From Klebsormidium nitens (taxonomy: Eukaryota; Plantae; Klebsormidiophyceae): a stretch of 64,000 nucleotides of DNA. The position numbers were made by a program, and so were the translations under genes. Below the pieces are notes generated by a model that was not told the origin of the DNA, did not search any database, and worked only from the letters and a program-made list of their open reading frames with translations. Location of the stretch: assembly GCA_000708835.1 (NCBI GenBank), contig DF237363.1, forward strand, positions 1 to 64,000. Reading direction: 5' to 3'. Below, piece after piece: positions 1-10,560 of the stretch. Numbering within the stretch: position 1 is the first letter of the stretch; every line of letters starts with the position of its first letter.

Positions 1-639
1 GCTCGCCCCAGTGTAAAAAATATTGTTCCCCGGGCGCTGCCGGCCCGACCCTTACCGCGCGCAGTCGCAGTCTGCTGGCAGTGGCAAACCGTTCTCAGCT
101 TGGATGCGAGCAACCGCGCCTAGTTGCCAGCTTTGAGCTTCTGCAAGAGCTGCCAGGAAGAAGATCAAGAGCTGGCATTGGCGGCCATTGGCGAAAACTC
201 GCAATCATGGCGGCCCTTGGTGGATATCAGCACATCTTGGCGCTCCTTGGCGAACCTCTGCAGTCCACGATGCCCCTGGCTGCCATGTGGCTAAGCAGAG
301 TCCTTGACAGCTTGACATGGTTCCAGATACATCTTGAGATGCTTTCAGAGACATCTTGGCAAGGCAGTGGGCTTTGGCGCCCCTTGGCCAAGTGGCGTCG
401 CTGGTTTTCACTTGGGCAAGCTGACGACGCAACTCTCTTGTCATAGCTTGCAATCTAGAGAAACAGAACTTGAAGAGAAGGAGGCGGGCCAACCGGGAAA
501 GCAGGGTCTCCACAAAGGGGAGTCCACCTTTTGTGCACGTTTTGTGTGCAGGCAGCCGGAAGTTTTGGTGCTTGTATTTGAGCTGTACCCCTAAGTGGCC
601 TGAGCATCAACCTAAAATGAGCCTGCTGTCCGTGAAATC

Positions 640-830
640 AGCGGGCGTCCGCTGAAGTCAGCGGGCATACACTGAGCTCAGCTGGCGTTCTGGTTCGCTT
701 AACAGCTGGCGTTTAAAACGCTGAATCAGCGGGGGTTTGCTGAGGTCAGCGGGCGTGCTGGTCTGCTGGACAGCGGGGACCTGTTCCGCTGATCTTAGCG
801 GGCGCTCTGGTCCGGTGAAAATCAGCGGGG
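640..830 (+). repeat. Cluster of about seven (C/T)AGCGGG motifs upstream of the element gene, with a matching cluster at ~7435-7605
   Basis: cagcgggcgt, cagcgggcat, cagcgggggt, cagcgggcgt, cagcggggac, tagcgggcgc and cagcgggggt within ~190 bp; the cluster is retained in copy 2. Confidence 0.6.
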
Positions 831-1254
831 GTCTGCGGTAATCGATGCCCCTCTGTTGCAAAAGTTGTGCTTAGGGCTGATTTCAGCTTCGCCTCCTGCG
901 GCTTTTAGGATAGTTCTAGGGAGGGGCTGATTTGCATGCATGCGTTTGGAGGTTTTAAATCAGACCCAAAGAAGAGAGCTGCCTGCTGGGGGACCAATTG
1001 AGAGGCCACCGTTGTAGGGTCATGGTCGGGGCTCTTTTGCAGCCCTGGAAGTTTCTGTCAGGTGTGGAGTTGGTGGGTCTTGTTTGGGGAAAACCCATCG
1101 CTATTTGCATGACTTCAAGGCGTTTTGGAAAGGTGTTGCGAGGCACTGACGCAATTTGCATGCATTGACTTTGCAGATCATGATTTCAGATTAGGCTTCA
1201 AGCGTGAGCGACCAGCACAAGGTCACCTAAGAGGAGTTAACTAAGCGAACGGCA

Positions 1255-2813
1255 GAGTGGCGGACAGTGGCGAGGAGCGGCGACTCACCATATGCCGAGA
1301 TGCAAGTGAGTGGGTGCTTTGGTTGCTACAACGAAGTCTGTCAGTATGCACGATTTGAAGAGCTGATTGTCTGCACAAAATGTGTGTTTGATTGCGCCCC
1401 TCAGCCGCCGTGGCCACCACTGCGCTCCCTCTGTGGTTGTAGAACTGATTTAGTCAATCTGCACGTTTAAGAGAAATCTTTTGTTTAGATTGATTGTGCA
1501 TTCTGGCTACGTCTCCGGCTGTGGGCACACCTTCACTCAATCTGCAGTATGCTGAAATACTCAATGTATAGATTCTCTGACAATGCGTGTTTGGTGTTGC
1601 AGGAAGTTCAAGTATCTAGGCGGGCGCGTCCTGATCGGGTTGCGCCACTGGAGTTCCACAACGAATTGAGGGTCGGACACGAGCACGTGAGTGAGATGGT
1701 CTAGTCATCGCCAGAACCCACTGTACTAGTTGTCATAATTCGTCAAGGCAGTCAATCTGCATGTTTCAGAGAAGCTGAGTGTCTAGATCAGACATGCATT
1801 TTGACTGCGTATCCAGCCATGCCCCCAACTCTGCGCTTTCTTGTGATTGATCGCAAGAAGGCAGTCAATTTGCACTGCCTTCGAAGCTCAAATGTTTAGT
1901 ACTTTGGTGCATTTTGACTGCGTCTCTCAGTCGTCGCCCCACCTGCGTGCCTCTCTGGTGGATAGAAGCAGAGGCAGTCAATCTGCACGTTTATGAAAAG
2001 CTATGTAGAGACTAACCGTGCATTTTGACTGCACCCTCCAGCCTTGCCCTCCCTCCACTTCGGCTGTGGTTGATTGAAAGGTTCAGTCAAAATGCATTCT
2101 TCTACAAGCTCATATGTAAAGATTGCTGGTGCCTTTTGACTGTGCTTCTCAGCCAATCCCTGCCTGTGGTGGATTTAAGGGGACAGTCTGTGCACTTGTT
2201 GAGATGCGCAAGTGTGAGCAAAGGTCGGTGCGAATTGACTGATCCTCATGGGACGCCTCACTTGCTGTCGCACTCGGGTTTGAGTTGTCTGCTTCATGCG
2301 ACATGAGGATTCCTAATGTGTTGCTGCACTCTCCTGCAGGATACTTCCAATGCATCCCGCAGGGATGCTCTTCCGAGGTCTGCAATCAAGCTCGTGGCGC
2401 GCGCGTCGCGAGGCTTTCTCACCAACTCGAAGAGAGACCACCGCATTTTTTGAAAGGTGGCGGGGTTCGTGTGCCGGCATGCCAAGAAGGAGCACGGGCC
2501 CGTCGGCCTTCTCTGGACAAAGGCGGCCTGGGTTGGGGACATGCATGCAGCTATGGCAGGGCTCGAGGGTCTGGCGAGCATTCTAGATGCGGGCCTGCAA
2601 CACGGTTTCGAGAAGGTTCTGACGTTGATCAAGCAGGCCCACCAGGAGGGGCTGCAGCAACCAGCGAGGGCCTCCTATGGAGCGAGCAGGACTACCGCAA
2701 GCCTTGCGCCTGCGAGCCCAGCTGTACACGATGAGGCCCGGCCCTTAGCTGGTGGCTAAGGGCCCCCAAGAAAGCGAGGGAGCGACTGACCAGCTATCAC
2801 TTTGGGGACAAAG
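1255..2813 (+). pseudogene. Decayed duplicate of exons 1-3 of the giant replicase gene
   Basis: Same splice sites as copy 2 (atgcaa|gtgagt, gttgcag|gaagtt, gagcac|gtgagt, ctgcag|gat, gacaaag|gtatta). The third exon has an in-frame TGA near 2451 (copy 2 has CGG) and a frameshift/TAA at 2757; LTSYHFGDK is in a shifted frame relative to LASYLFGDE of copy 2. Confidence 0.75.
1440..2200 (+). repeat. Intronic array of degenerate ~110 bp hairpin repeats
   Basis: Recurring gcagtcaat(c/t)tgcac ... ~30 nt ... gtgcattttgactgc inverted arms. Confidence 0.8.
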
Positions 2814-2899
2814 GTATTAGTGACACATTGATCAGGCCAACTTTGATCGACGCACTTGATCGGCCCTTTGCAGAAGTCAGACCGTAAACTTTGTCCGTG

Positions 2900-3460
2900 G
2901 CACTTTGGCTCTTGCCCGAGGTTTTCTGGCACGTTGATAGCAGACACGAGTCAAAATGCACGCTTTGAAGGTCTAACGTATAGGCAAGTAGTGCAAATTG
3001 ACTGCCGACCATGTCCCGAGGTTTTCTGGCACGTTTCAGCCGATAGCAGACTCGAGTCGAAATGCACGCGCTTTGAAGTGTTAATGTACAATTACTTGTT
3101 GCAAATTGACTGACACTGCCAGCGCACGAAGCTTTGGGGACAACGAGTCGAAATGCACGCGCTTTGAAGCTTCGATGTATAGTCAGTTGGTGCAAATTGA
3201 CTGCCGACCATGCATGAGACTTTCTGGCACGTTCGTGACCTTCTGGCACATTATAGACGGTCGAAAGCAGACGCGAGTCAAAATGTACGGGCTTTGAAAC
3301 TTCGATGTATAGTGAACTGCAGTGCGAATTGACTGCATGCATGCCAACCCTGCCCAAGACTTTCTGCTTTCAGGACTTTATGGCACGTTGTAGTCAATAG
3401 CGAACGCGAGTCAAAATGCATCCAGCCTTTGAAGCTCCGATGTACAGTCGATTCGCACTG
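2900..3460 (+). repeat. Array of ~106 bp hairpin repeats (about 5 units)
   Basis: Repeated gagtcaaaatgcacgctttgaag...tatag...gtgcaaattgactgccgaccatg units. Confidence 0.85.
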
Positions 3461-4966
3461 TTAATCAGCAAAATTGCAGACAATTATCTAATATGCGACA
3501 TACAAGCACTGCAGTCCAGAATGCTGGCTGCTGCCAATACATTGTGCATGATGCAAGCGTACAGTGGCTTTTAGTAGCACGACTGTAAAGATCCATGCAG
3601 TCAAGGACCCAACCAAGCGGACATAGAATGTATGTATACAAAGAATGTCAGCTGGGCGGAAAAAACTAAACAATTTGGAATGCTCCTTGAGACATGTCCC
3701 GAAAGTGCGTCTACTAGTGAGAGCACTACCTTGGCATCGACTTGCCCTCCATTCCCCATTTGCGTCGTACATTGAATCCGCACTAAGCTGCACCGTCCTA
3801 GTCCGCTTCTGCCATGAAAGTAACTCACTCCGAACTTGGATACCTGCAAGACCGAGAGCTGTGAATGTGCATCTTTTTTGTGACTTTGGTTGCAAGATCT
3901 AGTCAATGGACCACACTAAGCAGCAACTCTAACAGAGAAGTCCGCCAACAGCATGTCAAGAGACACAAATGTCTGACTAGGCAACAAAGAGCTTCTGGTC
4001 ACAAGAGAGAAAGAGTGCACATGAAGTGTGAAGGGTGACAGCAAGTGAGCAGGGTTTTGCAAACAGAAGCTCTCTCAGGCCGGTAACAAACTGCCAAGAG
4101 CAGGCATTGCAGGCCATTTGCACCAACGTGGAAATCCGTCATTCTTTAAGGGTCGAACAGCAGAATGGCTCAGAAGAAAGACATGTGCCTGCAGCCAGTT
4201 CTCTCTCAATACGACCCCTCAGTCGCCCTCAAATGCAAGAATAGCATTAGGAAATCCACCCTGCCATTTTCTGTCAATACCACTGATCTGCAGACAAGAC
4301 TTGTGCCATCCGAAACAGCTTCAAACAAAGGACGCGGTGGTCTCCTTTAGAGCTTGCCAAGGAAGGGCATCCACAGGACTGCCACAAGGATCGCTCTTGC
4401 AATCCGGACATAGGATTGTCCTGCTGCAACAGTGTCCTTCAGAAGATTGTTGATGGGTGGGCCTTGCGGTGATCAAATGTCTGGAGCACCCTCCAGACAG
4501 GGAGGGCACCTTGAGCTCTTGCAGCAAACTCTGAAGTCTTTCGATAGCTCTTCTTTTGTTTCTTCTCCTTGTTCCTCCCCACCCCCCCTTACCCATCCTT
4601 TTCAGACAGAAGACTGCGGCCTAAAAACATGTCTTCAGCCTTGACTATCCTAGGCCTTGCGTACTCACTGCTGGACCCCTTTGTTAGAAAAGGAAAATCA
4701 CACATGGAGTTCCAGAGTTTGACAAAGGAGTCAAATATGCATCAGAACGAGACAGGTCAACGTCAGCTCTGCAGCGTTCTTATACTTATGTGAGCACAAG
4801 AAAAGAAGCCACCAAGGTCAGAACTGCAGTGCAATTGCACAATAACTCCACGGAAATCACAGGATTTACCTATGAAGCAGGAGATTTCGAATTCCAAACA
4901 GCAGCCAGTAACACCAACTGCAATCGGCTGCCACTAAACAGGCTCCACTGAAGCAAACTTACTGCG

Positions 4967-6124
4967 TCAGATCCGATCCAAGTCCAGCTCGGGGTACCGC
5001 TTCAGCCGTATTGTCCGGTCCTCCAGCACCAACGCCTGCGTGCCAAAGTCGTCCAGCCTGGAGAACTCCCTCACAAGCTCTGCGCTGGACTCGTCACTCA
5101 GACCAATCTTGCGTGCCACCTCTTGCAACTGCTCCAGGTTCGTTGCGACCACAAGATCGGAGGGCTGCAGGTCCCCATAGGCTGAGAGGAGGAACTTGAA
5201 GTGCGCGATTGCTGAATCCAGCAGGAGCTCAAAGAGAGGGATGGGCGCGGTCTGAGCATCGGAGGCTCTGTCACCTTCCTCCAGAACCTTCCTGTAGGTA
5301 TTCCTGTCCAGAAACATTGGGAATGGGACAGGCAACACCCACTCCAGCAGCTTCTTGCTCAAAAGCCGACAGATGCGGCCGTTCCCATCCTCAAAGGGAT
5401 GCAGGCTAACAAAATGGTACTGCGCGAACGCCGCTAGCGCAAAACACATGCCCATGCGCGCCTCGTGTCCCTGAATTTGGTTGGGGATGCTCTTGAGCAA
5501 ACTGTGCACGATCTGGCACAAGCGTTGAACTGACCATTCCTGTATATCATGGTGCGGGAAGAAGTGCTGCGTCCCGTCCAGCCTTGTCGTGAAGCGACCA
5601 TCTTGCCGAAACTCCCCAACGTGGCCGTCAACAGAGTCAACCAATTTGAGATGCCAGGTTTTGATGCGGAGCGGATCAAATGAGACAAAAAGCGATGGCT
5701 GCTTTGCCCGAAAGCTTGTGGGAGAGTACCCCTGCAGGAGGCTAAAGGTCCGCATCACTGCTTTCTCCTCCTTTGTCGAGAGCGACGGCAGTCTGCTTGC
5801 AATGATAGCCTCCGTATCTCCCAGAGACTCAGTTCCAACGTGCTCGAGCTTATTCGTGTGGAACACCCAAGACGCAACGCTCTTTGCCACCATCGCAGAC
5901 TCGACTCCCTCAAGCCTGGCCGCCAGCGACAAGTAATCTTCAATCAGTGTGGTAAGTTCCTTGAGGAGCGGCGAGTACTTGTCAGCAAGGGCGAAGCGAA
6001 GAGGACTGAGAGGATCAGTCTCCAGGCTGCGAAGCTCCTCCAGTCTGCTTTGAGATGGGCCTGCGTCCAGCTTTGCGAGAGCCTCCCTCACGTCCCTTGC
6101 ACCCATCCTGAGGTGCAACGCCAT
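4967..6124 (-). CDS. Intronless Fic-domain (AMP-transferase) protein, ~385 aa, class II-like
   Basis: Canonical Fic catalytic motif HPFEDGNGRICR. Upstream HTNKLEHV resembles the (S/T)xxxE(G/N) autoinhibitory helix. GEFR motif precedes the flap. First ATG at 6124; the ORF is open from 6202. Confidence 0.9.
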   Translation of the reverse strand: MALHLRMGARDVREALAKLDAGPSQSRLEELRSLETDPLSPLRFALADKYSPLLKELTTLIEDYLSLAARLEGVESAMVAKSVASWVFHTNKLEHVGTESLGDTEAIIASRLPSLSTKEEKAVMRTFSLLQGYSPTSFRAKQPSLFVSFDPLRIKTWHLKLVDSVDGHVGEFRQDGRFTTRLDGTQHFFPHHDIQEWSVQRLCQIVHSLLKSIPNQIQGHEARMGMCFALAAFAQYHFVSLHPFEDGNGRICRLLSKKLLEWVLPVPFPMFLDRNTYRKVLEEGDRASDAQTAPIPLFELLLDSAIAHFKFLLSAYGDLQPSDLVVATNLEQLQEVARKIGLSDESSAELVREFSRLDDFGTQALVLEDRTIRLKRYPELDLDRI

Positions 6125-6340
6125 AGCGACTTTGCTTGCCTGTTCTGAACGATAAGCTGATAAATTTGGACTCAGCAAGCCCCGGTGCTGAATCTGGGCC
6201 ACTCCCAGGCCGCCATGTCATTACCCCCTGGGCAGGCCGGCCATACCGTCACCCAGCACTCTTTGGGTCTTGGTACCGTTGGTTCGTTACCTGCCGAAAT
6301 GTTCAAGAAGTTCCCAAGGCGCTGCCTGCCCGACCCTTAG

Positions 6341-6747
6341 NNNNNNNNNNNNNNNNNNNNNNNNNNNNNNNNNNNNNNNNNNNNNNNNNNNNNNNNNNNN
6401 NNNNNNNNNNNNNNNNNNNNNNNNNNNNNNNNNNNNNNNNNNNNNNNNNNNNNNNNNNNNNNNNNNNNNNNNNNNNNNNNNNNNNNNNNNNNNNNNNNNN
6501 NNNNNNNNNNNNNNNNNNNNNNNNNNNNNNNNNNNNNNNNNNNNNNNNNNNNNNNNNNNNNNNNNNNNNNNNNNNNNNNNNNNNNNNNNNNNNNNNNNNN
6601 NNNNNNNNNNNNNNNNNNNNNNNNNNNNNNNNNNNNNNNNNNNNNNNNNNNNNNNNNNNNNNNNNNNNNNNNNNNNNNNNNNNNNNNNNNNNNNNNNNNN
6701 NNNNNNNNNNNNNNNNNNNNNNNNNNNNNNNNNNNNNNNNNNNNNNN
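6341..6747. other. Assembly gap (N run)
   Basis: Run of N inside repeat copy 2. Confidence 1.
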
Positions 6748-8269
6748 TCTTCGGACTGTTGGCGTTGCCGACCCATTTATACCGGGCTCGTGTGTGTGTG
6801 TTAACGCGCCGCAGTTTCAAGTTGCAGTCTGCTGGCAAACCGTTCTCAACTTGGATGCGAGCAACCCTGCCTAGTTGCCAGCTTTGAGCTTCCAAGAGCT
6901 GCCAGAGAAGAAGTTGAGCTGGCAGTGGCGGCCATTGGCGGCATTTCGCAGTCATGGCGGCGCTTGGCGGATATCAGCACATCTTGGCGCTCCTTGGCAA
7001 ACCTCAGCAGTCCATGATGCCCCTAGCCGCCACGTTGCCAAGCATCCTTAACGGCTTGAGATGTTTCCAAAGACATCTTCCGATGTTTCCAGAGACATCT
7101 TGGCAAGGCAGCGGGCTTTGGCGCCCCTTGGCCAATTGGCGTGGCTGCTTCTCACTTGGGAAAGCTTACAGAGCGGCTCTCAACCCCGCTCGCAACATTG
7201 TCAGAGCTCGCAAATTAGAGAAAGAGGATCGAAGAGAAGGAGGCAGGCCAGAAGAAAGCAGGGTCTCCGTAAAGATAAGGTGAGTCCACTTTCTGTGCAC
7301 ATTTTATGCCCAGGCAGCTGGGGACGCGATCTGGTGCTTGTTTTTCAGTTGTACACCTAAGTGGCCTGAAAATCAACCTAGATTGACCTTGCTTTCATGG
7401 CGTTCTGGTCTGGATAATCAGCAGGCGTCTGCTAAAGTCAGCGGGCATACGCTGAGCTCAGCGGGTATTCTTGTTTGCTTAACAACCGGGGATCCAGCAT
7501 GCTGTATCAGCGGGGGTCCGCTGGAATCAGCGGGCGTGCTGGTCTGCAGAACAGCGGGGGACCTGGAACGCTGAAGTAGCGGGGTCCACCAATTTCTTAG
7601 CGGTCTTTCTGGTCCATTGATTTCAAGGGGGGTCCGAGCTGACTGACGTCCCTATGTTGCAAAAGTTGTCCCTTTGCTTTGCGTCCTGCCGGCTTCAGGA
7701 AAGTTCAAGGAGGGGGCTGACTCTAATGCATTTGGAGGTTTCAAATTAGACCTAAAGAAGGGAGCTTCCTGCTGGAGGACCAGTTGAGGGCCCAGCGTTT
7801 TAGGGTCACGGTCAGGATTTTTTTGCTGCCCGCAGTGGAAGTTTCTTACCAGGTGTGGAGTTGGTGGGACTTGTTTGGGGAAAATCCACCGCTGATTGCA
7901 CGACCGCAAGGCGTTTGAAAAGGTGTTGCGAGGCACTGACGCAATGTTCCATGCATTGATGAAATGCAGATCATGATTTCGGGTGAGGCTTCAAACGTGA
8001 CTGACCAGCTCAAAGTCAGCTGAAGAGGGGTCAACGAAGCGAATGGTAGAGTGGCGGAAAGTGATGAATATTGACGACAGTTTGCTGTGGCAAGACGAAG
8101 GAGCCATCGAGTCACCATACGCCGAGATGCAAGTGAGTGGGGGCTTTGGTTGCTACAACCAAGTCAGTCAGTATGCACGATTAAAAAAGCTGATTGTATA
8201 CATAACCTGTGCGTTTTGTTTGCACCCCTCAGCAGTGGCCGCCGCTGCGCTCCCTCTGTGGTTGTAGAA

Positions 8270-9340
8270 ATGATTCAGTTGATTTGCACGATAAGAAAAA
8301 ACCTTCTGTTAAGATTGAATGTGCGTTTTGACTACGTTTCCGGCTGTGGGCAAACCTTCACTCAATCTCAGCGCGTATTTTGAAGAGCTGAATGTATAGA
8401 TTCTCTGACTGCGCGTTCTAGTGGTGCAGGAAGTTAAAGAATTCACGCGGGCGCGTACTGATCGGGTTGCGCCATTGGAGTTCCTCAACAGATTGAGGGT
8501 CGGACACGAGCACGTGAGTGAGAGATCGTGTAGTCGATGCCAGGACCCACTGTAGTTGTGTGAATCCGTCAGGTCAGTCAATTTGCACGTTTCAGGAAGG
8601 CTGCTTGTCTAGATGAAGTATGCATTTTGACTGCGTCTCAGCCGTGCCCCCGACTCAGCGCTATGTTGTGATTGATCGCAAGAAGATAGTCAATTTGCAC
8701 TGCCCTTGAAGCTCAAATGTATAGTACTGTGGTTGCCTCTCGACTGCGTCTCAGCCGTGCCCCCGACTCTGCGCTTTCTTGTAATTGATTGCAAGATGGC
8801 AGTCAATTTGCGCTGCCTTTGGAGCTCAGATGTGTATCACCTTGGTGCATTTTGACTGCGTCCCAAGTCGCGCCGTCCTTGCGCTCCAATGTACAGTTGA
8901 TTGAAAGTAGGCTTTGAAAGAAGGCAGTCAATCTGCCTTCGTTGAAAAAGCTGATTGTCTAGTATGACCGTGCATTTTGACTGCATCTCTCAGCCGTTGC
9001 CCAATCTGCGCGCCTCTGCATTGAATAGAAGCAAAGGCAGTCAATCTGCACTTTCCTGAAAAGCTGTGTGTTAAGACTGACCTTGCATTTTGACTGCTTC
9101 TCTCAGCCGTGGCCCCCCAGCATGCCTCTGTGGTGGTTAGAAATGAAGGCAGTCAATCTGCACGTTCCTGAGAAGCTGTGTGTAAAGACTGACCTTGCAT
9201 TTTGACTGCGCCCCCCCAGCCTTTCCCCTGCCTCCGCTTTTGCCACACATGGGTGATTGAAAAGGGTCAATATGCGTAATTTAACAAGCTCAGATGTAAA
9301 GATTGCCGGTGCATTTTGTCTGTGCTTCTCAGGCAATCCC
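8270..9340 (+). repeat. Intronic array of degenerate ~110 bp hairpin repeats (about 9 units)
   Basis: Recurring gcagtcaatctgcac...gcattttgactgcgtctcagccgtg units, mostly in the intron between exons 2 and 3, with one unit in intron 1. Confidence 0.85.
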
Positions 9341-9959
9341 TGCCTGTGGTGGATTGTAGGGGGCATGGGGGTTCCTGATGTATTGCTGCATTTTCCTGCA
9401 GGATGCTCTTCTTTTCAATGCATCCCGCAGCGATGCTCTTCCGATGTCTGCAATCAGAGCTCTCGTGGCGAGCGCGTCGCGCGGCTTCCTCACGAAGTCA
9501 AAGAGGGGCCACCGGATCCTCCGGAAGGTGGCGGGGCTCGTGTGCCGGTGTGCCAAGAAGGAGCTCGGGCCCGTCGGCCTTCTCTGGACAAAGGCGGCCT
9601 GGGTTGGGGGCCTGCGTGCAGCTGTGGCAGGGCTCGAGGGTCTGGCGAGCACTCCAGATGCGGGCCTGCAATACGTCTTCGAGAATGTTCTAACGTCGAT
9701 CAAGCAGGCCCACCTTGAGGGGCTGCAGCAACCAGCAAGCGCCTCCCATGAAGCTCACAGGACCACTGCGAGCCCAACGCCCGCGAGCCCTGCTGCCACG
9801 AATGAGGCCCGACCCCCAGCTGGTGGCGCATCTGGGAAAGCGAGGAGAGGGAGGGAGGAGCTGGCCAGCTACCTCTTTGGGGACGAAGGTATGAGTGACG
9901 CATTGATCAGGCCAACTTTGATCGAAGCTCCTGATCGGCCCTTTGCGAGAGTCAGACTG

Positions 9960-10560
9960 TAAGCTTTGTCCGGGGCTTTGGCCTATGCCCGAGACATACC
10001 GGCAGGTTGCACAAGTCAAAATGCACGCTTTTAAAGGTCTGGTGTATAGTCAACTGGTGCAGATTGACTGCCGACCATGGCCGAGACTTTCTGGCACGTT
10101 GTAGTTGATAGCAGACACAAATCAAAATGCACGCTTTCAAAGGTCTGTTGTATAGTCAAGTGGTGCCGATTGACTGCCGACTATGGCCGAGACTCTCTGG
10201 CACGTTGTAGTTGATAGCAGACACAAGTCAAAATGCACGCTTTTAAAGGTCTGTTGTATAGTCAAGTGGTGCAGATTGGCTGCCGACCATGGCCGAGACT
10301 CTCTGGCACGTTGTAGTTGATAGCAGACACAAGTCAAAATGCACGCTTTTAAAGGTCTGGTGTATAGTCAACTGGTGCAGATTGACTGCCGACCATGGCC
10401 GAGACTCTCTGGCACGTTGTAGTTGATCGCAGACTTTGTGGCACGTTGTAATTGATAGCAGACGCAAGTCAAAATGCACGCTTTCAAAGGTTTGAATGTA
10501 TAGTCAAGTGGTGCAGATTGACTGCCGACCATGCCCGAGACTTTCTGGCACGTTGTAGTT
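9960..10560 (+). repeat. Intronic tandem array of 106 bp hairpin repeats
   Basis: Unit starts at 10015, 10121, 10227 and 10333 (period 106), then 10468; units are near-identical. Confidence 0.95.

Larger units (their letters stand above)
25..3460 (+). repeat. Copy 1 of a diverged ~3.4 kb direct repeat (upstream region, first three exons and hairpin arrays of the giant replicase gene)
   Basis: Colinear similarity to 6310-10560, e.g. gttccccgggcgctgccggcccgaccctta (25) vs gttcccaaggcgctgcctgcccgaccctta (6310); atggcggcccttggtggatatcagcacatcttgg (207) vs atggcggcgcttggcggatatcagcacatcttgg (6954); gtcggacacgagcacgtgagtg at both 1672 and 8499. Similarity ends after the hairpin array near 3460. 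Confidence 0.92.
6310..10560 (+). repeat. Copy 2 of the diverged direct repeat (continues into the full-length gene)
   Basis: Colinear with 25-3460 and interrupted by the N gap. Confidence 0.9.

Noticed and set aside
3488-4800. Short ORFs between the hairpin array and Fic (including a CPPCLE RING-like string near 4490)
   Set aside because: Frequent stops and no consistent exon chain; cannot be supported as a gene.
6136-6955. ORFs with long X runs (also 22732-23479)
   Set aside because: Artefacts of translating assembly gaps.
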